Positions 10,527-22,400 of a stretch of DNA of 64,000 nucleotides are shown here, piece after piece (position 1 is the stretch's first letter; each line of letters begins with the position of its first letter). Origin of the DNA: Tubulanus polymorphus. Lineage: Eukaryota > Animalia > Nemertea. A program made the position numbers and the translations under genes. The notes under the pieces were generated by a model that was not told the origin of the DNA, did not search any database, and saw only the letters and a list, made by a program, of their open reading frames with translations. The stretch covers positions 19,939,101 through 20,003,100 of the forward strand of contig NC_134025.1 in the NCBI RefSeq assembly GCF_964204645.1, given 5' to 3'.

Positions 10527-11606
10527 TTATTCATCTGGTTGTTCGCCCCTTTCGTCTAAATTAAAGTGGCTCTTTTGGATCATTTGAATCCACCCGATGA
10601 CCTTGTCGTCATCATCTTGTTTATCTTTGAGCGTTTCGGGAAGAATACGTTCATGTTTTCGGTTGTATTTTTGGTTCGTTGAAGTCTTTAGTTTATTAAC
10701 ACCGTTATTATCCGATATCACCGGCAATCGATCAGCTGAACCGGTCGTATCCTGGCGATCCATCAAAAAAGTAACAACCTTTTCCAACTTTGGTGCGTCG
10801 ACGTCGTCGCTAATTTCACGGAAAAACTGTTCAATGCCGTTTCCCTGGTCCATTTGCGGGTCATTATTTTCTGGGTTTTCGTCGCTTAGATTTTGCTGCT
10901 CATCAACTCTTGTTGCAAGTGCTGGCAGAGGTTTGTACGTTTTGATGCGATGCCGTTTCAATGTTCTACGCAAGGCCAGTCGACGAAGTTGGGGCAAGTA
11001 AGATTTATCTATATAAGATTCACCTACATCTGTCGAATAGACGCCATGTTTATGATGGCGAGCATTCTTGCTACAGTGGAAGAACGCATCTTTCTTAGCG
11101 GCAGCAATTTCTTTCTGGCAGCCGAATTGCAGTGACGTCACTTGTTTGCAGTCTTTTCGAGGTCGGCGAATAGAGAGAATTGTTTCGGGATCAGCTAAAT
11201 TTGATTTTGGTCGTGTTACTTTAATCGGGGATCTTTCCATTCCAATCTGCTGTAGATCTTTGATATCTAGACTTATACTGGTTCGGTCAGCTTTAAACAT
11301 GGGGATACACTTACCCATCGTAAAGATTGGAGCGTCTTTTGTTCCCTGTTTAAAAGTTGACAACGCTTGAAACACAGTCTTTACACGTTTGATTGCCTGT
11401 TTACGCTTTTCTCCGCCAGTATGTTGTTTTTCATCGTTCAATCTATACGAGATTTGACGTTCCTCTAGGATCTCGTTGGTAAGTCGAGCGTGAACGTGGC
11501 ACCGCAATGTTTCTATTTCGCGTAAATTCGATTTTAGCTGATTGTTCAGAATTTCGTTGGCCGACTTAGTAAAACTTGAAAACGATCCTAGTTTACGTCG
11601 TCCCAT
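10527..11606 (-). CDS. Uncharacterised 359-aa intronless protein with N-terminal coiled-coil motif; distant paralogue of 13685..14998
   Basis: Long ORF in AT-rich DNA with Lys/Arg-rich, disordered composition. Residues 17-56 align without gaps to residues 17-56 of the 437-aa ORF (14/40 identical). Confidence 0.75.
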   Translation of the reverse strand: MGRRKLGSFSSFTKSANEILNNQLKSNLREIETLRCHVHARLTNEILEERQISYRLNDEKQHTGGEKRKQAIKRVKTVFQALSTFKQGTKDAPIFTMGKCIPMFKADRTSISLDIKDLQQIGMERSPIKVTRPKSNLADPETILSIRRPRKDCKQVTSLQFGCQKEIAAAKKDAFFHCSKNARHHKHGVYSTDVGESYIDKSYLPQLRRLALRRTLKRHRIKTYKPLPALATRVDEQQNLSDENPENNDPQMDQGNGIEQFFREISDDVDAPKLEKVVTFLMDRQDTTGSADRLPVISDNNGVNKLKTSTNQKYNRKHERILPETLKDKQDDDDKVIGWIQMIQKSHFNLDERGEQPDE

Positions 11607-12053
11607 AGTTAGTTGTTTATCAGCTGTGATATCGTTAGTCTGTAAATCGATATTCCATCATGTATAGATATTTTTTTTCCACCGAGGTGTCATGATATGC
11701 CTTCAATAGTAGACAGCACATTCGTAAACTCCTCCCCGGCAGTAATTTAGCGAATATTATATATAAAACTGTCATCATTCGTGAGAAATAGCTGTCGACA
11801 GTAAAATCCATAGATTATTTAGTTCAGGATATTAAGCGTTATTCAGTACAGTTCACACAATTGGTACAATTTTAATTTGACGAGATTTGATAAATTCGTG
11901 GGAAAGATATGTCATGGTTGAACTATCGATTGCGTTTTAATAGCATAGCATATCTTTATTCTTTAAAAGCTATCGTAGATATGTATATTGTTTCTATGGC
12001 AGAGAGAAAGAGTTTAATGTTCTCGCGCTCTCCATTTTCGCAGTTGAAAATTC

Positions 12054-12375
12054 CAGGATTCATAGCGGCCCTTAAAAGTCATGAAAAGTCCTTTATTGGG
12101 AATGGGTCAATTCGAGGCCTTGAATGTCATGAAATACTTATAGGCTCTAAAGTACTTAAATCATTGTCATGGTCCTTGAATGACATCGCCTCATCTCGCG
12201 ATTACAATTTGAAGCTTCTGATCACATATCATCTGGTGTTTCCGTATATCAGATTACCTTTTTTATGGATGGACCCAATGTGAATTAAAATTGGGTGATG
12301 AAAAGTCTTTGAATCGGGGGCAAAAATGTCCTTGAAATCCTTAAATGAAATTGGTCATGGGCACTATGAACCCTG
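12054..12375. mobile_element. MITE with CAGG(G/A)TTCATAG terminal inverted repeats
   Basis: CAGGATTCATAGCGGCCC at 12054 and GGGCACTATGAACCCTG ending at 12375; internal (C/T)CTTGAA repeats; no clear TSD. Confidence 0.55.
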
Positions 12376-13684
12376 CTGTTCACTCGCAGGTGAAATATTT
12401 AATCTGTAGAATCGTCCAATAAAAGGTCCACTAATTACCCTGGGTACAGCGGCATTTATCGCAATATGGATAGTGGTGTGTATAGAATGATATGGGTTCG
12501 ATATTCACAGGGATTGTTTTACATTCCGACAAGTGCGCATAGGGCACTTTCTTCGAAGGATTATTTTTGCAGTAATTGTCCCCAAAAGATCATCTCAGTT
12601 GATGAGACTCGGTCGGTCATTTTCGTTCCATATTTAGCGAAGCGATGGAGACGATTCGGCAATTTATCATTGGAATTACTGCACTAATCCCGCACGTTAC
12701 GAAGCACGAATCATACCTATATTTAATGAAGCATATCCTACATAGTTGATTGCCTATCATCGTAAGCTATTGGCTAAGATCAGTGCCGAGGACATTGGCT
12801 CCTAGGCGTATTACTAAATGACACATCGTCTAGCCTGATTATAGAGAGCCATCGATGACGATACGAGGATACATTGAAATGTCATTTTCTGATAGCGTCA
12901 TCAACACTCTATCTGCGATAAATCGAAAAGCGCTGTATACGTTTTCCGTTTGGTGACGCCATCGCTTTCATTCAGTCTCTGAAATGCCCGTGCATTCGTA
13001 ATTCAGTAGCGAAAGTAACGCATATCTTCGACATGCAAAGCACTCAAAAAGCTACCGGTCGCGAACAACTAACATCCATTAAACTACACAGTGATACGGC
13101 ATCGATACGGTTTACTCTGTTAAGCCATTGCAACAAGACTCGCCTCTCCGGTCGTTTTATGGCAATTTTCATTTCCCATGATTTATTAGTCTCAAGTATG
13201 CCAACTCTTTCACGATTTCTCATTATGTTTTGTTATAATATTTCTCGTCAGCCCGTTGGTTTTCTTCAAATAGCACCAAAGGCTTTTCGGCCCTCGAAGC
13301 TATTGTTCTCATGGGAATTGGATACATTGTTGGCAAGGACGACATGCTTTACGTTGGAACTCATGGGAACCTCTTCTTTGTCTTTGAGGGTATAAAATTA
13401 AAATCGATCCATTACAACAAAATCTGAACATTATGTTCGGTAATAAATATTCTGCGAGGTGTAGCTTGTTAATGAATTCAGCAAATAATTGCCGCTTATT
13501 GCATAAAAAGCCAGCGCAGTTAGCGACATTTTGCATTATTAAACGTAATTCAGCGAAGATAACGGCAATGTAACACTTATGTACCGGGTAATACTGGATT
13601 TATATGATCGATGACAACCTGTGAAAAAACTCCGCTTTTTGTCCGTGGATTTATATAAAGATATTTACATGAACATACGTCAGG

Positions 13685-14998
13685 ATGATGGGTGAGGATA
13701 TATTTGGTGCTTTATTAAAAGCTCGGGACAAAAATGAACTGCTGAAGTATCGTTTGACAGAGGAGATAAGATTTCTCGATAGACAAAAGAAACAATCAAA
13801 ACATATGTTGACAAATGATATATTCGACGAAAGGAAAGAAGCTTATCGTCTGCAAAGAGAGGTGACCGATATTGAATTACGCGACCAGGAAAAGAAACTA
13901 GCGGCCGAGGCGAAAAAACGAAAGGGCTGGGAAGCATTACGCCGGAGAAAAACATTTTTAGTCGCATTAGCTGGACTTGCAGAGAAAAAAGAATCGAAAG
14001 CTGGAATAAAGGGTACCCAAATGGCGTTACTGAGTCCAGAAAAGGAATATGTTCAGAGAAATCGAACAAGGTCGGCCAATGAGTGGAAGGATAAACTACT
14101 GCCCGAATTGGAACTGAATCGTAGTAAGTCTTTAGTTGTACTGTCGAGCCATTGGGTTGGAGACCCGAGAGCTATTGACTCTGTAAGGCGCGAGCGAAAA
14201 ACCCCAGAAGAAATGGGTACGTACACTCGTTTTTTACAAGGGTTTCGTCACGCGGCCAGGCGATCGATTCGTACGGCTTTCTGCAGTCGACAAAGATGCC
14301 GCGGTGCATACGAGGGTGACCCCGGCTTCACTGACGTCAGTCACATGACCTTGCGTAAAGTCATGAACAAAGCAAAACATATCAAACTAAATGAGGAGAT
14401 CCAACCGGAAGCTCTACAAAATGTCGATATACCCACCCCAGCTGAAGGTAAAACAGCTGGTGGTGTAATAAAATCGTTGCTTACAGACACTCCTTTCGAA
14501 GAGAAACAAGGGCTGCCAAAATCCCGAGAGAATACCACATTCTCAAACGATTCTGGCATCGAAGCAGACGCTTCGAGTGTCGGTGGACTTTCTCGATCAC
14601 ACACGTTACCACAAATATTAGAAGAATCAGAAACCTCCGGAAAAGATAACGAACTTGATAATAAATCAAGTTTACCCTCTCGACCTTTATCTACATCATC
14701 AGCAATGGGTGCAGCTGGGCTCTACTCGCAACTAAGTAAAAGCAAACCAAAAGCGAATCATACGAACAAAACTGGTTTCGGTGTCAATTTAAAGCCTATC
14801 AACTACGATAATATTACAAGTCCGATTGCTGAGTTACGCCGGATGAGTACGAACTTTTTGAACCGGGAAGACGTTATAACTGTCGATGTAAACAAATCCG
14901 TCAGAATTCATAAAACCGTTAATTTCAACGCTGACGCAGTTGAACATAAGAAACATTTGGCTCGTCGAAGGATCATTTTACCCGATATGATATTCTAA
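13685..14998 (+). CDS. Uncharacterised 437-aa intronless protein with N-terminal coiled coil and Ser-rich disordered tail; distant paralogue of 10527..11606
   Basis: 1.3-kb ORF; heptad-like N-terminus; shares the NE(L/I)L..L....R...LTN(D/E)I..ER...YRL motif with the divergently oriented 359-aa ORF. Confidence 0.8.
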   Translation: MMGEDIFGALLKARDKNELLKYRLTEEIRFLDRQKKQSKHMLTNDIFDERKEAYRLQREVTDIELRDQEKKLAAEAKKRKGWEALRRRKTFLVALAGLAEKKESKAGIKGTQMALLSPEKEYVQRNRTRSANEWKDKLLPELELNRSKSLVVLSSHWVGDPRAIDSVRRERKTPEEMGTYTRFLQGFRHAARRSIRTAFCSRQRCRGAYEGDPGFTDVSHMTLRKVMNKAKHIKLNEEIQPEALQNVDIPTPAEGKTAGGVIKSLLTDTPFEEKQGLPKSRENTTFSNDSGIEADASSVGGLSRSHTLPQILEESETSGKDNELDNKSSLPSRPLSTSSAMGAAGLYSQLSKSKPKANHTNKTGFGVNLKPINYDNITSPIAELRRMSTNFLNREDVITVDVNKSVRIHKTVNFNADAVEHKKHLARRRIILPDMIF

Positions 14999-16999
14999 AA
15001 ATGTAGAACTGTCAACAAGAAAATCTAATTTAGGCTAATTGAAAAATGGCTGAATGGCATATTGATCTCATATTAATCTCGTTTGATTATTTGAGGGATT
15101 GATTAATAACTCCCTAACCAAACTCTCATTAATTCAATGGAAAGTCTTCTTGTTTGATAAGGCGGTAGCTATCAGCTATAACTTAAGATATCATTCTATG
15201 TCACTCAATAAAATGTCTTTTTCTTTTTTTCTTTTTTACAAGGCAAACAAAAAATGTCTTTTCGAAGTGCATTTTAATCTGATGCCTAGAATGTATTGTA
15301 ATCGGCTCATTTATCATTTCGTTGGAAAGTCTTCAATCGTATGGGATATTCTTATTTTGACATCTTGATCCGTTCGTGTTTGGTGTTATTAGATAGTAAA
15401 TGGACGATCGATGGAATTCTCTCTAGTTGAACCCGCTGGATTACGGGATTTTATATCAAGATGGCTCCTTTTGAGAACTGAGGCTGAGAACCATTTTGAT
15501 GATTGGTTGTTTACCATCAGATGCCCACGTCAAAAACCGATACATCTTCGCTATACAGTCCAATTTGTGCCAACTCGATCACAAACAGAAGACAGATTGA
15601 CACATGAATAACAAAGAATATGAATGATTTTCGTACCATCTTAAACGATTTTAAAATACTGAGCGTTTTCTTTTTCATCGAAAGCGTTGAAAAACTTGAA
15701 AACAGCAAAAGTTTCAAAACTTTTGCTGTTTTCAAGTAGTTTCAATGCGGCAGCGATAGAAGCCTATTGTAAGCGAACGTCTCGTTTCCTGGCGAGCTAT
15801 TACTTAAAAATAACGAACCAACATAATCCCTAGCGAAACAATTGGCACAGACAGGGGTAGTAGCATAATAGACAGGGGTGTAAAAGGTTGCAAGAAACCT
15901 TTCACGATTTCGAACACGAAAACAAGCGTGCATCTGACATGAGGGATGGTCCATGACTGTAGGCGAGGATGTGAGAAAACTATGCGATAAATAATCCCTC
16001 CCACCTGCCGTAACAGTGTTTTCCAAATACTCGAACGCTGTAACAAGATTTTCATATCGAATTTACTCTTCGTGTTACTACAATTAAACCCAGGTATTGT
16101 GTATGCGTTTTCCAGGATGAGGTTGATAAGTACTATATTCATTGCCAACTAAGAGGTTGTTGTTCAATTTGCACTGCATATGTAAAGAATGCGACTAAAA
16201 AATTTCTAACGATTTGTAAAAAATTAATTCCCTTTTTATCTGACGGTAAAGCTAGCTAGTTAGTTAAACTAGAGTAGTTAGTTGAACTAGAGAGAGTTTG
16301 AATCTGAAGGTTGCCTATAAAGAATAAATTTATTTATGGTTGCTGATTCGTATGAAGACTGATAGCACAGAGAAAACGCTATATTTTTACCATCATATAC
16401 ATGCCGTAATTGAGGTTTCCAAAATAGCGGGTGACAGGTAAATAAATGTGTGTAAATTTCCTGTCGATTCCTCGTTTTACAGAAAACTCTTAAGGCGAAA
16501 TATGATATGGTTTGACAATATGATGAATAAAACAATGAGACGAAACAGAAGTCTGTTGTGTGTAATTTTCTTACACGCGTCGACCACATCGGTATTCAAA
16601 GGTTTTTTGTTCTGTTTATAAACGGATGCATTATCATCCGTAAATTCCATCCACTCCCAGCGGGTGTTTCGTGCGGTTGCGGCAAACGATCAAACCTCCT
16701 GTCTGTGCCACCTACACTAGGAGCAAGAAGACAGTAAAAATCGCTGCCATCAAAAATGTTTTGAAATTCTGCTCATTGATAGATGTTATATAAATTGTTG
16801 TATTAGTGCTGATAGGCTACGTCAATCGGAGATATTTTCTACTGAAAAAAAGACAGAAATAGTTACATATACAGTTCATGATACGGTTCTACGAGCTGAA
16901 CTGATTGAAATTCCTTACCGAAGTTCAACTATATTGGGTTAATTTTTTTTGCATAGCTAAGCAATATTCAGTAGCTTCTTGACAGGCATATGTGACAAT

Positions 17000-17419
17000 T
17001 ACGGAAGCGTCGTGGGACATCATATAGGAAAATCAAACATTTCAAAGAATATCTCAACATAAAATCATTTGGGCCTATGAAAAATAAAAATTTGATTTTT
17101 TGTCGAGATGATAACTCAACATTGAATCAGGCAAACTTTCGGTTAATCGTAAATGATTTAATGTTGCGATATAACACGAGATGAAATCAAATTTTTAGTT
17201 TTCATAAAAATGTCCCCTAGGTAGTGGATCTCGACAAAAAATCTAATTTTTAGTTAAAGATGAGAATATTCGATTTTAATTGTAGGTAATAACGCGACAT
17301 AAAATCGGAAAAACATTTTATTTGAATTGGAAAAACTATTCATTAATCGTAAATGAATGAGACATAACCCAACATCAAATACAATTTTTCCCAAATGATG
17401 TCCCCGGGATGCTTCCGTA
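17000..17419. mobile_element. IS3EU-like non-autonomous element (TAYGG termini)
   Basis: TIRs TACGGAAGCGTCGTGGGACATCAT / ATGATGTCCCCGGGATGCTTCCGTA; 6-bp flanks GACAAT / GACAGT match at 5 of 6 positions. Confidence 0.6.
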
Positions 17420-19437
17420 GACAGTACATATAATTCTGTAAGATGTGCCTTTTGATTTTTCGAAGAATAGATACATGGATTTTATATGAACTGGTACATT
17501 TTCAAAAGGATGTCCTTCAAAATGTTATCGCTACACATGTATTAAGTCTGATACGGGCGAGCAGCGATCGTAATAACCGCTATGATTTTTAAGGAAATGA
17601 GATCGAAGAATGGGAAATTTTTCTTCGTTTAAACGAATTTCTCGTATCTTTGTGTTCGTATTAAACTGATTATTTACAAGTAATTTGTACTTAACTGGGA
17701 CGACTTAACTGTATTTTAGCAGTTATGTTCATTGAGTTAGAATACAACCTGCTGGTAAAATGGTCGCTGTGGAGAAAATGTATTGACCAACAATTGACGA
17801 GAAAAAGAATAAGATTTTTCAATATATATGTATTCCATTTTCTGCGAAAAATGGAAAAAAATATTATCTTCCGTTCGAAGTTTTCTCATCACGCTTATCG
17901 AAAGGGCATTTTTGTTTTATTTTCGTTTGACGTCATTGACACAATAGAATGACTACCGGAAATATACGACCAGAAAGTTGACTTTTGACGGATATCATCA
18001 AAACATTTGAAATCTCCAGATATTCGTTCATGTGTGTTCTTCGTGGCCTGTGACCCATTTTTAAGGGCCAAAAATGGCGATACAGTACCTTATTTGGATA
18101 ATTAGACCAATAACCTACGCAACTCACTTCAAGTGGCTCCAAACGTTTTGTAACGTCAGCTCTTGTTACGAATCTCAACTTCCGACTGAGATAAGTATTT
18201 ATACACAACCCACGAGACACGCTAAACTGAATATACGCATATGTAAGTCAAAAGCATTTCGAATGAATTTACGTGTGAACTATTTCACCGTCAACGATAT
18301 CGTACATGTGTTTTGTAGTCTTTCCCTGTGCGTGGGCGTAATTATGACAGTGAGGAGCATTCGAATCACATTTTTTTGTCGAATACTAGAGATGTTTTCA
18401 AAGGTTTCTCGCAGTTGTGTTCTTGTTTCAAACCAGTGCGAATGATTGATCATTTCGCTACTAGACTAATCTGAAAATCTATTATTTTAGAACAATTCGA
18501 GGCCGGATCCAGTACTTCTGTTTGATCAAATATCGATGGGAAATAGGGACTGGATGTGATTAATATACACATTGATTCGATTGATTTCCATCTTTGAGAA
18601 ACAGGAAACTATTTCATTGAAATGCATCTTCGCCAAAATTGCTTTCCTTCAACTAAGTCTGACGACTGTCGATAGAAGTCATCATCCAGCTTCAAAAAGA
18701 AAAAAATTACGACATTTAGCGAAAGTAAAAATGTGCGCTTTAAATGTTTAGTTTACTTACAGGGAGCCGCTAGTTCACGTGAAATTCGAATCTTTTCAAA
18801 TATTTCAGTGAATTCCACCAGAAATCATCGATAGGCATTTTTATCCAAGCCCCGCTGTTACAATGAATTACAACTTTCAAGCGTTGCCAATATTCGGAGT
18901 TTTCCATAAATCTACCCGTTCAAATAGGTCACTATTTTCTGAAATGTAAATGCTGAAATGAAAGTAACAGGCCCGTGGAAGGGGTTTTCTTCGGGGTCCC
19001 CTTCGAGAAAAAAGGACTAACTTCGGAGATGCATTTTCAGGGATTTTTTTTAATTGAATCTACATCAATTGTCGAACAAAATGTCTAAATCTCATGACTT
19101 ATAATTGAAGATAATCGCTTACGTGTCCCGGACCAAATAAGCGTAATTCTACACATGCTGTAATTCTAGATGTATATAATTTTAGATTTTTTTTCTAGAT
19201 TCATGACTGACAAACTATATTTACGTAGACTTTTTATTGAGTTTTGTCGAGTGGTGGGATTCGGCGTTCTCATAGGCAAAATATGTGTGACGTCACTGCA
19301 CCGAAGACCTGCGTAATATAAGCGGGATGATGCGAAGTTTGCAGCGCAGTTTAACAGCTATCTATACCGGTGTAGAGAGAAAAACAAGTTCACTAGCATT
19401 TTACTATCACGGAGCTACTATTTCTAACAGAGAAATC

Positions 19438-22400
19438 ATGAACTGTGGAACGGAAAGTGGTTTATCGATGTTCTTTTTCATATTAGTAAGTAACGTAGAT
19501 TTTCATTATATTCGTTGAATTATGTACCTTCTATTGAACGCCATGAATGCAATTCATAAAAATTTCCATTACCTATTCACCTCGGATGTATTTTGAAAAC
19601 AGTTTCTTTTTGTAGAATTATCAAATTTACAATTCAAATTCACTCAACCCCTCCCCAAACGAAAGCGATGCTGCCAGGTTAATCATAGTTGATTTATTAC
19701 AGTGGAACCTTGTTTATCGAATCTTGTGGGCTTAAGTGAAATTGTCGTATTAAACGGGTTTCGTATTATCCATAGCTTGATTTATATGAATATCTGGGCC
19801 ATGCGGGAAATCATCGTACTCGACGGGTTTCGTCATAAACGAAGTCGTATCAACGAGGTTCAACGGTATCAATTAAGTATAAATCTATCTATCCCTTTTC
19901 GTGGAATTTAGAAATCAGAAAAATACTAACTAGCATCGTTATCTTTATTTCAGGTCGCTATTTTCTCATCTCCGTCATCTGTGATCGCAGGTAGGAAACT
20001 TTTCAATATTCGCACACTTAAAATTATCGTTTAGCGAAACATGAAAACAACAACAGTATGAGCATTTCGTGTTCTTGTTGTGCTGTTTTATCGGGTCAGT
20101 AATGCAATTCTGGTCTATTACTTCCGAATCCGAAGAAAACAGAAAATTGTAATTATCCATTTGCCTGATTGATCGTTGCTTTTATAAGGCGTAGATTTTT
20201 AAGAGTTCAGTAAACACGGTTAGTCTTGGCTTTGGTGCGTTGAAATGTCGGAATTTCCTCGAGTATACGGAAAGCAAACAACAGAAAAGTATCAACGTCG
20301 TTCTGCATTCTAAGATATCATATTTGGATTTACTTTTTGCTATTACAGTTCTACAAAGGGTTGTTGCTCTAGTATGTGGGATTTCCGTGTTGGGCTGTGA
20401 TAAAAAGCTTAAAAATTTCCGCATTCATTGAATAATTTCTAAAACATCAGAAGAAACATTTATTCTTGCATAAATAATAACGATAGCGCAATGATTTTTT
20501 AAACATTTTTTCATCCAAGCAAAAATACGGCACGGGTCTGAGTGGGCACGTCATTCGATATATCTATATATGTACATCAGTTTTTTTTGCTACAAATCAT
20601 TTAATCAACCGAGCTATGCTGCTTGGCCTTCTTGGAATCACTTGACACATTCTCTCACATATCAATGTGAATGATCTATCAAAAACGGGTATTGCTGTAA
20701 AAAGCTCTTGCGAACACTTTTCAGAGTGCAATTCGAACTCCTCTAGAGCGTACTACGACCGTTTACGATGATATATTATTTAGTAGAACGTCGTCATCGG
20801 CGGTAGTGCGATTTCAAAGTGGGAATCAAATCTAATTTGAAACTCAATTTGACTCCGTTTCATATATACTTAGCAGGTTATTGCTTCTGCTCGAACCGTG
20901 GCAAAATAATTCCATATGCTTTTTTCACGGTATCAAGGTCGCGGATATTTTCACAACTTTTCTGTGTTAACGAAAACACCGCATTTTTATTCAAGGAATT
21001 CTAATTGTGTTGATTTTGTTTTAAGTATGCTGATGCGGTAATCTTCGTGGCGATTAAGTTTATACTAGCAATTTATACTAGCAATTTAACTCCGGCATGA
21101 ATAGTTCGTTAAGTCACCGACCGAAGAAGAATTCGTTTCTATCCGACTTTTAAATGCTTACGATAACTACAGAAATATTTACGTTATCCCGTCTGTTAAT
21201 TAATGCATCATAACCACGCTCGTAAAAACGACATTGTCTAAAAATATAGGATAATTGAAATATTTCCGTATCTAATACACCTGCCTATTCGTTCTGAATT
21301 CATGTGTGAATAATTATTCATCAGATACGAGTGAAATCTAAGTGCGATGTACAATAAATCTTCGCCCTGGCCATCTATATGATATGTAGGCCTACAACTG
21401 ATTTTATCGATACCAAATTGTTGAAATAATACATAGATCCTGAAATCATACTTCGATTGATGACTGAATTGCAATGTTTCATGGTAACAGTGAGTTGGAA
21501 TTTTATCGGCAACGCTTAATTGTACTTACGTAGCCTTATTCTGGAGTTAGTGCTAGCATTCTTCAAATTTTAGTTTCATTCTGAAAATTAGCAGTGGTTG
21601 AAAATGTTAGAATGAAAAGCGTATCCTACCGGTGGCAAAGGAAATTGAATACTCGGATTTGTTAACTTGAACAAAGACATTAAACAGATCGAAGGACAGA
21701 GAATTGACCAGATAATTGCAATTCTTGAAAAAAAGTGTCAACGATGACAAAAACTGCACGTTTTACTCGTCCATTCGAATCCGCAATATGTATGTATATA
21801 CTCGGTAGATTGGATAAGAAATATATTCGAGAGTTTATCATTCACCCGAATCGAATTGATGTGGTATAGGCTATAGGCGAATTTTTGAATAGAAGAAAAT
21901 TGATAGTATTTTTGCTTTGTAAAAATCTGGGTCCAATGGATCAAGTGAAAATTATTTAGATAAAGACGTATACGTATTGTACGAGTTACCATAAGCAATG
22001 TCTATATGGTGACTATGGTAACTCGTACTATATGATTATAAAATATAATTTGTATAAGTAAGTGGTTTACCGAATAGCCTATGTTTATGTTTTTGCAGGC
22101 GATAGTGACCACGGATGTAAAGTCGGTTTGGCTGACATTGTATTCATGTTAGACGATTCATCGAGCATCTGGCCAAACAATTTCACGCTGCAGAAGAATT
22201 TCGTAAACCAAATGATAAATTCATTTGATATCGCTCCCGACGCTACACATGTTGCAGTCGTCACGTTCAGTACGCGCGCACGTCTTCAATTCAGACTCAA
22301 TGAAATGATGGAGAAAGACAAACTGAGGGAGGCCGTTTTCAGAATCCGACAACGAGGTGGCGACACTAACACCGGAGACGCGCTTAATTTAGCGAGGACC

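Noticed and set aside
13033-13536. ORFs between the two orphan genes
   Set aside because: No motif similarity and stops in the alternative frames; more likely 5' UTR or promoter sequence.
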